DNA of 64,000 bases, taken from Nannocystales bacterium (lineage in GTDB: Bacteria > Myxococcota_A > Polyangia > Nannocystales > Nannocystaceae). This document shows positions 46,642 through 55,458 of the stretch, piece after piece (the first letter of the stretch is position 1; each line of letters opens with the position of its first letter). Made by a program: the position numbers and the translations under genes. Location of the stretch: assembly GCA_050633305.1 (NCBI GenBank), contig JBOEGF010000009.1, positions 94,314 to 158,313 of the forward strand. The letters are read 5' to 3'. The notes below the pieces were generated by a model. The model searched no databases. It was given only the letters and a program-made list of their open reading frames with translations, and was not told the DNA's origin.

Positions 46642-47637
46642 GTGCGCTACCTTCCGCGGGCTTTGACCCGTCTCGTGCTGATCGCAAGCGTCCTGGCCAT
46701 GACCGCGTGCAGCCCCGCCTGCACCCCGCCGGAGGCGAAGAATCCCGACGCCAAGGCGGACTCGGGCAAGGGGGAGACGCCCGAAGCCGACCCGAACTCG
46801 GCCGATGGAGGTCAGGGGGGTCCCGCGGACGCCAAGAAGGCCCCCGCGCCGGTGCCCAAGGGCGAGATGATCATGGAGGCGAAGGGCGTGGATCTCTCCA
46901 AGCTCAAGGAGTCGCAGCGCTCCACGTTCTTCCAGATCATCAACTCCGAGCCGAGCGCTTGCGACAAACCACATTCGTTGGCGAAGTCGCTTCGCGATGA
47001 CGACAAGTGTCGGGACTCGCTCATCGCTGGGCAGTTCGTCGCGGACTACCTGCAGGCGGGCGCCCCGACCAGCGAGGTCCGGACCGGTTTGCAAGAAGTC
47101 TCCAAGGCTCTCAAGCCCCGGGAGATCCCGGTGGACGGGCGTCCTGTGTTCGGCAGCGAGACGGCTCCGGTCACCGTTGTGGTCTTCGCCGACTTCCAGT
47201 GCCCGCACTGCAAACTGGAGGCTCCCAAGATTCGCAAGACCGTCGAGCAGTTCCGCGGTCGGGCGCGTCTGATCTTCAAGCACTTCCCTCTGATGGGTCA
47301 TCCTCGGGCCAAGGCGGCCGCGATCGCGACCGAAGCTGCGCTCGAGCAAGACAAGTTCTGGGAGATGCACGACATCGTGTTCGCCAACCAGGACAAGCTC
47401 GAGGACGGGGACATTCGCTCCTACGCGTCGAAGATCGGCTTGGACATGGCCAAGTTCGACGCGCACTACAACGCACGCAAGGGCAAGGACGTCGTCGAGG
47501 CGGACAAGCAACACGGCGAGGACGCGGGCGTGGACGGCACGCCGGCGGTGTTCGTCAACGGGCGTCGTGCCAACGGTCGCTACATTTTGTTCGGCGGCGA
47601 GCTGTCGGGCTGGATCGACGATGCCCTGAAGCGGTAA
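46642..47637 (+). CDS. DsbA-family thioredoxin-fold lipoprotein
   Basis: FADFQCPHC, FKHFPL, FWEMHD, GTPAVFVNG; lipobox MTAC. Start uncertain. Confidence 0.9.
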   Translation: MRYLPRALTRLVLIASVLAMTACSPACTPPEAKNPDAKADSGKGETPEADPNSADGGQGGPADAKKAPAPVPKGEMIMEAKGVDLSKLKESQRSTFFQIINSEPSACDKPHSLAKSLRDDDKCRDSLIAGQFVADYLQAGAPTSEVRTGLQEVSKALKPREIPVDGRPVFGSETAPVTVVVFADFQCPHCKLEAPKIRKTVEQFRGRARLIFKHFPLMGHPRAKAAAIATEAALEQDKFWEMHDIVFANQDKLEDGDIRSYASKIGLDMAKFDAHYNARKGKDVVEADKQHGEDAGVDGTPAVFVNGRRANGRYILFGGELSGWIDDALKR

Positions 47638-47646
47638 GCCTACGCG

Positions 47647-48597
47647 GTGACCGACGTGCGTCCCTGGGTCGAGGCGTTCGCGCCTGCGACCGTCTCGAAT
47701 CTCGGCCCCGGCTTCGACTGCTTGGGCCTGGCGCTGCGCGAACGCGGCGACACCGTGCGAGCCCGCAAGGGGGACTCGCCCGGCGTGACGATCCTACGGA
47801 TCGAAGGCGATGGCGGTCGGCTCCCGCTCGACGCCGGGCGCAACACCGCCTCGGTCGCGGTACGGCACATGCTCGAGCGCTTCGCTCCCAAGGCGTCGGT
47901 CGAGCTGGAGTTGAAGAAGGGCCTGCCGTTGGGCAGCGGCCTGGGAAGTAGTGGCGCGAGTGCGGCTGCAGCGGTTGTCGCAGCGGACTCGGCGCTCCAA
48001 CTCGGCCTCCCGAGCGACGTCCTTGTCGAAGCGGCTCGGCACGCAGAGGGGATCGCTTGCGGCACGCCGCATCCGGACAACGTGGCGCCAGCAATCGTGG
48101 GGGGCGTGGTCCTGATCCCGTCGCTCGACCCGCTGCGGCTGGTGTCGTTGCCTGCCCCCGAAGGCCTGTGGGTCACGGTGTACACGCCCGGCTGCGAGGT
48201 CAACACCGCCGACGCCCGCGCCGTGCTTCCCGAAGCTGTCTCGGTCGCAGACTGCGTGGGCCAAGCGGCTCGGCTCGGGATGCTCGTTCACGCCCTGCAC
48301 CTGGGCGACATGCAGATGCTCGGGGAGGCCGTGGTCGACAGGGTCGCCGAGCCCCATCGAGCCCGCCTCATCCCCGGGTACATCGATGCCAAGGCCGCGG
48401 CCTGCGAGGCCGGAGCGCTGTGTTGCAGCATCAGCGGCGCGGGGCCGACAACCTTCACCCTCGCCGAGGATGAACATCGGGCCAAGGCGCTGCTGGAGAT
48501 CCTCGAGGAGCAGTACACGCATGCGGGCGTGCCCGGCGAAGGTCTCGTCGACCGCGTGGGCCCGGGCGCGCGCGTCACTTCCCAGCCGCTGCACTGA
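47647..48597 (+). CDS. thrB: Homoserine kinase
   Basis: PATVSNLGPGFDCLG, LPLGSGLGSSGASA, HPDNVAP, ISGAGPT. Confidence 0.95.
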   Translation: MTDVRPWVEAFAPATVSNLGPGFDCLGLALRERGDTVRARKGDSPGVTILRIEGDGGRLPLDAGRNTASVAVRHMLERFAPKASVELELKKGLPLGSGLGSSGASAAAAVVAADSALQLGLPSDVLVEAARHAEGIACGTPHPDNVAPAIVGGVVLIPSLDPLRLVSLPAPEGLWVTVYTPGCEVNTADARAVLPEAVSVADCVGQAARLGMLVHALHLGDMQMLGEAVVDRVAEPHRARLIPGYIDAKAAACEAGALCCSISGAGPTTFTLAEDEHRAKALLEILEEQYTHAGVPGEGLVDRVGPGARVTSQPLH

Positions 48598-48624
48598 AGC
48601 CGCGATACGGGCCGAGCTGCCGCG

Positions 48625-49728
48625 TCACAGGATTCGCGTTGCTCGGGGATAGCTGCCCAGCACGAAGAGGTCCTGGCAGTGTCCCCGGGCGGACTCGATC
48701 GCATCGGCCATCGTCGGTTCATCGCGGTGGCCCTGCGCGTCGAGAAAGAACGTGTAGCTCCAGTTCTCGCGCCGAGAGGGGCGCTTGTCGATGTGCGTGA
48801 GGTTGATACCCGAGTCGGCAAACGCCCGGAGCACCCGTACGAGCGCGCCGGGCTCGTGCGTCGTCGTGAGCATCACCGAGGTCTTGTCATCCCCACTGGG
48901 CTCCGCCGCTGTCTTCGCGATGACGAAGAAGCGGGTGATGTTGTTGGGGTTGTCCTCGATGCTTGGGAAGAGCAGCGGCATTCCATACAACCCGCCGGCG
49001 AGCTTGGAGGCGATGGCTGCGTTTCCTGAGCGGGGGTCTGCCTTCGCGTCGAGGACGGCCTGAGACGAACTCGCGGCTGCGACCAGCTCGGCGCGTGGGT
49101 ACTGCGTGCCGAGCCATCCCCGGCATTGGGCAAAAACCTCCGGCTTGCTGAACACCCGCTGCACGTCCTTGGGCTCGCAGTCTGCCAGGAGGTTATGGCG
49201 AATCGCGAGCGCGACCTCGGAGTACACGAGCACTTCGCCCGCCGCGTCCCGGAACGCGTCGAGGGTCTCCGCGATGCCTCCTCCGGTAGAGTTCTCGATG
49301 GGGACCATGCCGTAGTCCACGTGTCCTCGACGAACCTCGGTGAACACTCCCCCGATCTCCCGAAGGTTCTCGAAGCTGACCGACGCTCCGAACTGCGCGG
49401 AGGCGGCCGCATGCGAGAACGACCCCGCCGGCCCCAGGTATCCGATACGCAGCGGCTGCTCGATCGCGAACGACCCGCTCATGATCTCCTTGTAGACCGC
49501 CTCGACACTTCGGTCGGGCAGGGGGCCCTCGGACAGTCCGAGCACGCGAGCGAGGACCGCAGCCTCTCGATGGGGGGCGTAGATCGGACCGCCGGTCTGC
49601 TGTTTGACCTTTCCGACCGCAACGACCACTCGAGCTCGCTCGTTGAGGAGCTTGACGAGCGCTTGGTCGAGCGCATCGATTCGGTCACGAAGCGGCGCCA
49701 GTCCATCGTCCGGAGAATCGTCGCTCAC
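48625..49728 (-). CDS. pheA: Chorismate mutase/prephenate dehydratase
   Basis: LRDRIDALD CM domain; YLGPAGSFSH, VPIENST, NITRF, ACT domain. Confidence 0.95.
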   Translation of the reverse strand: MSDDSPDDGLAPLRDRIDALDQALVKLLNERARVVVAVGKVKQQTGGPIYAPHREAAVLARVLGLSEGPLPDRSVEAVYKEIMSGSFAIEQPLRIGYLGPAGSFSHAAASAQFGASVSFENLREIGGVFTEVRRGHVDYGMVPIENSTGGGIAETLDAFRDAAGEVLVYSEVALAIRHNLLADCEPKDVQRVFSKPEVFAQCRGWLGTQYPRAELVAAASSSQAVLDAKADPRSGNAAIASKLAGGLYGMPLLFPSIEDNPNNITRFFVIAKTAAEPSGDDKTSVMLTTTHEPGALVRVLRAFADSGINLTHIDKRPSRRENWSYTFFLDAQGHRDEPTMADAIESARGHCQDLFVLGSYPRATRIL

Positions 49729-49880
49729 CCGCACATCATAGGTGGCGCGTCCCAGCAGGCGGAAGGGCGCACGCACGGTTCCATCGTGAAGAACGGCTCC
49801 GGGCTTGGCGCGTCTGCGGAACCAGCAAGAAACCCCCGCCAGCAGGCGAGGGCTCTCGTGCCCGAGGTGAGTGCGTCGGA

Positions 49881-50333
49881 CTACTCGACTTCGGCGAGGC
49901 CGTACTCGGAGAGGTACATGGCCGAGCCGTACACGACGGCATCGTCGAGGTCGACGTCGCGGTCGGCAAGAACACGCCATCCATCGGCCGCCTGAGCGAC
50001 AACCCCGACGTCCTCCGTCACGTTCATGTCGGCGACTTCGAAGGCCACCTCGACGGGCAGCAAGAACGTCGTGCCCAGCGGGAGGACTGCGTAGCAGGAG
50101 CCGATCGTCGTGCTGAGTTCGCACTCGACCTCTTCGATCGACAGCTCGACGTCGGAGTCGAGCGCCCCGGCCGGAATCTCGAGGCTGAACCGACCGTCGT
50201 CGGATGCGAGGGAACCGCCGCGGGGTCCGATGGTCTCTCCGGCGCCGTCGCAACCGACGGCGAGTGTCGCCAGCGCAGCACCCATGATGAGTGTCGCTGC
50301 CGTCCTGAAGAGTCCTGTGTGAGTGGTCGCCAT
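49881..50333 (-). CDS. Lipoprotein with ZU5-like domain
   Basis: Lipobox LAVGC; IGPRGGSL...LEIPAGAL motif. Confidence 0.65.
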   Translation of the reverse strand: MATTHTGLFRTAATLIMGAALATLAVGCDGAGETIGPRGGSLASDDGRFSLEIPAGALDSDVELSIEEVECELSTTIGSCYAVLPLGTTFLLPVEVAFEVADMNVTEDVGVVAQAADGWRVLADRDVDLDDAVVYGSAMYLSEYGLAEVE

Positions 50334-50630
50334 CGCTGTCCCCCTTGCACCTACTCTGACTCCCCTTGCCCCGTTCTTTCCGGGTTCTTGGGACGAAAAA
50401 ACGTCAAAAATTTGGAAAGTGACGGAAACGGTGTTTTTGGACCGAATGTAGGGTGGACGGCATGTGCGCGGATGTACGATTCTCCCGACCAGAGCCGACC
50501 CTGCGAGCGTGCGCATTGCTCGCGTCTTCTGAGGACCCTGTATGGGGCGTCACGCAAAGAGCGTCTCCGATGCCGGAGGAAGGTCTCCTCGCTCAGATTG
50601 TGCGGTACTCGCGCTCGCTTCGGGGAGCCG

Positions 50631-52358
50631 CTAGTCCCGGGGCGCCACGCGTTGGGTCTCGCCCCAGCTTGCCGGCTGCCCCAAGGTCGCGAGCTGTGCG
50701 AGCTCGGCAACTGGCGCAAGAGCCTGTCGCGCCATCGCCCGGGCAACCTCGGACCGGGCGATCATCCGGGCCATCGGCGGGGATGCATAGTAGTAGAAGT
50801 CGACCATCGACTTCCCGAGCGGTGATCGCTCGAGGACCCGGTCGCGAACCCATCGCAAGGCCTGAACCTTGTCGTCCCACGGAACGCCGTAGGCCGCGGT
50901 GGCGACGAAACAGAACCCTTCGACGACCGCGAACTCTTGCTGCGGCGTGGTGATGGCCATCGAGGCGACTTCACTGCTGTTGGCGCAGCGGTCCTCGTAC
51001 CGGATGCCGACTTGGTAGTTGGTGGCGCCGAACAGCTCGTCGAGCTCGCACCAGGTGGTGACGCCAGGGGCGAGCGGCTCACCGCAGTCTTCTTCGGCAG
51101 GGACCTGCTGGATCGCGGAGGAGAGGGTGTCCGCGGTGAGGGCCAGATCGCCTTGGCGGTAGAACATCCGGACGGTACCGAGTTCGCCCGAGAGGTCCTC
51201 AGGAACGGTGAAATGCACCCGCACGCGATCGAAGTCGATCGCCTCGATCTCGATGTCACGCAGCGCGGTGAGGGTGGCGTCCTCGCAGCTGCCCCACCCG
51301 GGGTCGTCACCCTGGCCGCCGCCTTCGGTGCCGTGGCTGTAGACACCGAACCGGAACGTTTGCTCGTTGAGCGTGTAGAGCTGAAGGCGATCGGCGCCGC
51401 TGCCGTCCTCGATGCTGATGCTGTCGTCGGGGGGATTGAGCGTGCCCGACTCGCCGGTGAGGTCTCCGTACCCGGCGTAGTGGTCGCTGGAGTTGAAGCC
51501 GGTCATCGTGGGCTCGAACGTCACGTCGTAGACGATCGAGGGCTGCCCCAGGTAGGGGATGCCGAAGCTTGCCAAGCGAGCATCGACGTAGTGGTCGTCC
51601 TCGCGATCGTAGGCCCAGCGGTCGTTCTGGTCGTCTTCGATGTGGATTTCGATCCGGGCGGTGAGCGGCCCGGCGTTGGCGACATCGGCGGGGATCAGAG
51701 CTGTGACGAGTTGCGGTGTGTATCCCGCGGGCGTCGCACGGGTGACGGCGTCGAGGTCGTTGAGGTCGGAGAACGTACGAACATCGGCGTGGTCGTGTTC
51801 GGTCTCGAATTCGACGAGGTCCGAGCGCGGTGGATAGACGCTGGTTTCCTCGGAAAAGCGCCCCTTGTCGGACTGGAACACCGCCGGTGAGGGGCAGGTG
51901 AACGTGTCGGTGGAGATGACTTCGTGCTCGGCCGCGGTAAGCGGTCGACAGAAGTAGGGCTCGGGCGAGCTCGAGTTCTCGTGCCACCCCAGCGAGTTGG
52001 CGTCGGAGGGCTCGTCGTCGTGGAAGACGAGCTTGGGGTAGGTGACGTCCCGGGCATGAGCCCAAACTGGGAGGACGCCTGGTCGGGGGCCGTAGGGGAA
52101 ACGCCAGCTCGAGAGGAAGTCCCAGCGACCCGGTCGGTTGCCGATGCCGAGGGTTCCGGTGGCCTGGGTCACGAAGACGTTCTGGACGAAGTTGCCGTCC
52201 GCGTCTTCGAGCCAGATCGCGATCTGAGCTCCGGGCACGGGCTCGAAGTGAAACTCGAGGAGGGTGTCGCCGTCGGCTGCGGAGGCAAGTGATGGGGTCG
52301 AACCAGCCGCGGCCATGATGCCCACGCTCAACCCGACCCGCAGTGCCGTCCATCGCAT
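50631..52358 (-). CDS. Exported protein with FN3-like domain and CFI-box-CTERM-like C-terminus
   Basis: Signal peptide ..ASA; QIAIWLED N-domain; terminal CFVATAAYG..LRWVRD..YYYASPP. Confidence 0.78.
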   Translation of the reverse strand: MRWTALRVGLSVGIMAAAGSTPSLASAADGDTLLEFHFEPVPGAQIAIWLEDADGNFVQNVFVTQATGTLGIGNRPGRWDFLSSWRFPYGPRPGVLPVWAHARDVTYPKLVFHDDEPSDANSLGWHENSSSPEPYFCRPLTAAEHEVISTDTFTCPSPAVFQSDKGRFSEETSVYPPRSDLVEFETEHDHADVRTFSDLNDLDAVTRATPAGYTPQLVTALIPADVANAGPLTARIEIHIEDDQNDRWAYDREDDHYVDARLASFGIPYLGQPSIVYDVTFEPTMTGFNSSDHYAGYGDLTGESGTLNPPDDSISIEDGSGADRLQLYTLNEQTFRFGVYSHGTEGGGQGDDPGWGSCEDATLTALRDIEIEAIDFDRVRVHFTVPEDLSGELGTVRMFYRQGDLALTADTLSSAIQQVPAEEDCGEPLAPGVTTWCELDELFGATNYQVGIRYEDRCANSSEVASMAITTPQQEFAVVEGFCFVATAAYGVPWDDKVQALRWVRDRVLERSPLGKSMVDFYYYASPPMARMIARSEVARAMARQALAPVAELAQLATLGQPASWGETQRVAPRD

Positions 52359-52519
52359 GGCGGCGAGTATAGCGATGCGACCCCGGAGCGGCCGCTCGAA
52401 TGGTGATTTGCCGGCCGATTCGGCGGGTTTCGGCGGCTGCGGCGCTCGTGCACGTGCCCCAGACCCAACCCTCCCACCGCGATGTTCTGCCGTGTACGCG
52501 GTTGGTAGCCTGTCGGCTC

Positions 52520-53950
52520 GTGTCGCGCTCGTTCCTTGCGTTGGCTCCGTGGAGCCTGGGTTTTGTTCTCGGTTGCTCGCCCGGGCCCGAACCCGCGCAG
52601 GTCCCGGCGAGTGCGCCTGCGCTGCCCGAGCCACCGCCACCACCGCCTCACGGACTTCCCATCGTTTCGTTGGAGGTGGATTGGACGCCCCCGCGTCAGG
52701 TGGCCGGAGACCTGGCCGGGCTCCGCAAGGCTCTACGCTCGTCGTCGGCGATGGGGGTCGCGCGGGTGCAGCGGCGGTTGGACGTGGGGTCCCAGCTCCC
52801 GCGTGCTTTGGCGACCTTGGCTCCGCACACTGCGTGGACCATCGAGCCTTCGGCTTGGGATGCGAGTGTCGAGGGGCGGTTGCCGTTGACTCGCCAGCCC
52901 GCGCCCGTGGGCACGCCACCCACGTACGCGTCCGGCGGCGTGTCCCTCGGGGGCACGGCCGATCGGACGGTGCTCGTGGTGGGCGACGCCGACCTCGATG
53001 TACGGGCCTGGCGGGCGCTGCCTGCGGCCTGGTCGGGGTCGTGCCAGCCGATCTACGACGCCCTCGCACTGAGCCAGGAACAGTCGTTGGCGTACGCGGA
53101 GCCGTTTCTCGACCACGCCGACACCGTGTTGCGCCTGAACTTTCGCGCGGGCCTCGCGGACGTGCTGCCGGACCTCCGCACTGCGCTGGAGCCGTACGCG
53201 TCGCCGGAGCCTCCGGCGGAGGCAACGTCGGACGAGCGGCAGACGCATGCCTGCGGTCGTGCCCAGTACCTGCGGGTCGAGGCCGCTGCGACGTGCCTGC
53301 AAGGAAATCGGTGTGAAGCGGGTCCACGGGTCGTCCTTCGCGGCGGCGTAGCCGTGGCGATGTCGGCTCCGCAATGGGCTCCGGACGATTGCGAGGAGAG
53401 GATCGAAACGGATGTAGAAGCTGTCCTGACGACGGCGGCCACCAAGGCGACCGTCGCTACGGTGTCGCAGCTGGAGCCGCAGTGGGTCACCTTGGTCGAC
53501 CGCGTCGGGGCGATGGGCGCGGTCTACGAAGCGCTCGAGGACCTCTGCTCTCCGCGTCGGCGTCGCTTCGCCGACGAGGACCTGGTGGATGCGCGAGCGC
53601 GCTTGGGCCGGGTCGAGCGAGCGCTAGGCTCCGATGCGCTCGACGAGTCGGGGCGGTGGGACGTGGATGTGGGCTCGATGTTTGTGCCCGGTGCGGGTCC
53701 CGTCACGACGCTCGCGCGGTTTGTTCCCGCGGAGGGGGGCGGCGCGCAGACGGCCGTCGCCGAGGCCAAGGGGGTCCGGCGGTTCTTGCTGTCCCGGTCC
53801 CTGTGTCGCTCGGGCTACGGAGACCTCCCGCTTGCCGTCGCGGTGTTCGACCCGGACCAAGCCGAGGCCAAGCATTTCACCTACGTCTACGAAGAGACGC
53901 TGTTTTGTGCCGACTTGGCGCTGCCGTTGCCCGCTGCCACTGCGGATTGA
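52520..53950 (+). CDS. Hypothetical lipoprotein
   Basis: Lipobox VLGC, Pro-rich tether, long protein-like ORF; no family recognised. Start uncertain. Confidence 0.6.
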   Translation: MSRSFLALAPWSLGFVLGCSPGPEPAQVPASAPALPEPPPPPPHGLPIVSLEVDWTPPRQVAGDLAGLRKALRSSSAMGVARVQRRLDVGSQLPRALATLAPHTAWTIEPSAWDASVEGRLPLTRQPAPVGTPPTYASGGVSLGGTADRTVLVVGDADLDVRAWRALPAAWSGSCQPIYDALALSQEQSLAYAEPFLDHADTVLRLNFRAGLADVLPDLRTALEPYASPEPPAEATSDERQTHACGRAQYLRVEAAATCLQGNRCEAGPRVVLRGGVAVAMSAPQWAPDDCEERIETDVEAVLTTAATKATVATVSQLEPQWVTLVDRVGAMGAVYEALEDLCSPRRRRFADEDLVDARARLGRVERALGSDALDESGRWDVDVGSMFVPGAGPVTTLARFVPAEGGGAQTAVAEAKGVRRFLLSRSLCRSGYGDLPLAVAVFDPDQAEAKHFTYVYEETLFCADLALPLPAATAD

Positions 53951-55365
53951 CGACGGCGCAAGAGGAGCTTCCAAGCGCCCCATCCCAGCAGCGCATAGCT
54001 CTCCATGGCCAGGACGATGAGGACAAAATCGTAGGGCATGCGGAAGCGGGTGCCTCCGAAGAAGATCGCCGATTGCAGCATGAGTGCGAGAATCTGGACG
54101 GTGAGCAGACCGCGCTTGGCGGCACGACGGCCCGGCACCACGACCCACAGCAGCCCGAGCCACGAAGGCACCATCAGCCACAGCAGGACCTGGTCGTTCC
54201 ACCACTTGGCGACGGGTCGCCAGTGCTTGGGCCCGGAGTCCGGCCACGGGATGTTGTGGAACCACAACAGCGACAGGTTGTCCCACGAGTAGGCGACCTG
54301 CTGGCCCCAGCCGGTCTTCTCGATGCAGCGCCGGATGTACTCGTGGTGCTGCCGCTTGTCGCCGATGTAGCCCTTGTAGCTAAACGTATCGCCGAACGCA
54401 GCGTTCATGCGCATGCCCGGCTCGACCTGCTCTCGCCGGGCTGCGTTCTCGGCGTTGACGACCTGAAGCAGCGGGGGCGGTCGGAAGTGGACCTTGCCGT
54501 GGCCTTTGCCGTCGGGGAGCGACTCGATCCGCGAGTTGTGGCACCGGCCCATGACCAGGTTGAAGCTCCCGTTCTCGGAGATCAGACCCCAGCGGTCGGT
54601 GTTGTGGTGCAGGTGGACGACGCCTGCGAGCAGGCACATCCCCAGCGGGACCGCGGAGAGCAGGAGATGGGTGAACTTGATCTTAAAAAGAGCCTTGCGC
54701 CGAATGATCCAGTAGATCCCGACGAACGCCGCCGAGAGCAGGATCTGAGGTCGGAACAGGGCGCCGACGCCTGCAAAGAGACCGAGCAGCAGGGCGTCGC
54801 GGCGGCGACCCTCGTCGGCCATGCGGACCACCGCCAAGACGGCCCCTGTTAGACACAGGCAAAACGGCGTCTCGGAGAGGATGTACCCTCCGTTGGAGAA
54901 GTGCGGGTAGTACAGGATCCCGATCAAACCCACCGCCGGCGGCACGACGGGGAAGGGGCTGACCCGGCGCGCGATCGCGTAGGCCATGGCGACCGAGATG
55001 GCGCCCATCACCGCGTACCAGACGCTGATCGCCGGATCGAGGTCGTCGAAGAGCCACAAGACCCCGGCGACCATCCAGTGGGTCGCGAAGGGGAAGAACG
55101 CCGAGTACTCGTGCGGCTTGGAGAAATCGCGCAACAGCCGCTCCGCCCGCTGTACGTACCCGTTCATGTCCGAGTACACGTAGTCCCCGAGCGGATGGAC
55201 CTCGAGGTTCCAGTGCAGGCGGACCGCGAGTGCGCCCAGAAAGATGCACAGCAGCCATCGTTGGGTCCACAGCCAGGCGAAGACGCGGGCAGACCAACCC
55301 TTGGAGTGCGAATCCGCCACGCTGGGAAGGACCGACGGTGGGATCGATGGGGGGAGACGGGACAA
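53887..55365 (-). CDS. Polytopic membrane glycosyltransferase (GT-C; ArnT/PMT-like)
   Basis: YSDMNGY after the first TM, ILSET, LFRP, many TMs, RFRMP near the end. Confidence 0.72.
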   Translation of the reverse strand: MSRLPPSIPPSVLPSVADSHSKGWSARVFAWLWTQRWLLCIFLGALAVRLHWNLEVHPLGDYVYSDMNGYVQRAERLLRDFSKPHEYSAFFPFATHWMVAGVLWLFDDLDPAISVWYAVMGAISVAMAYAIARRVSPFPVVPPAVGLIGILYYPHFSNGGYILSETPFCLCLTGAVLAVVRMADEGRRRDALLLGLFAGVGALFRPQILLSAAFVGIYWIIRRKALFKIKFTHLLLSAVPLGMCLLAGVVHLHHNTDRWGLISENGSFNLVMGRCHNSRIESLPDGKGHGKVHFRPPPLLQVVNAENAARREQVEPGMRMNAAFGDTFSYKGYIGDKRQHHEYIRRCIEKTGWGQQVAYSWDNLSLLWFHNIPWPDSGPKHWRPVAKWWNDQVLLWLMVPSWLGLLWVVVPGRRAAKRGLLTVQILALMLQSAIFFGGTRFRMPYDFVLIVLAMESYALLGWGAWKLLLRRRQSAVAAGNGSAKSAQNSVSS

Positions 55366-55458
55366 GGCGACTAAGTTAGGCGGGAGTGGTACCGCGACTT
55401 GAGGGGCAGCGCCAGCGCTGGGCTCACGTCCAGCCGATGCTCAGGTATCGTCGGGGTG

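Noticed and set aside
50334..50420. Possible c-di-GMP riboswitch in the ZU5-lipoprotein leader
   Set aside because: Contains GAAA and GCAA fragments but lacks the ordered GGCAAACC..GAAA..GGGACGCAAAG pattern and pairing.
52359..53327. N-terminal third of the 898-aa ORF 50631-53327
   Set aside because: Antisense to the plus-strand lipoprotein; a clear signal peptide starts at ATG 52358.
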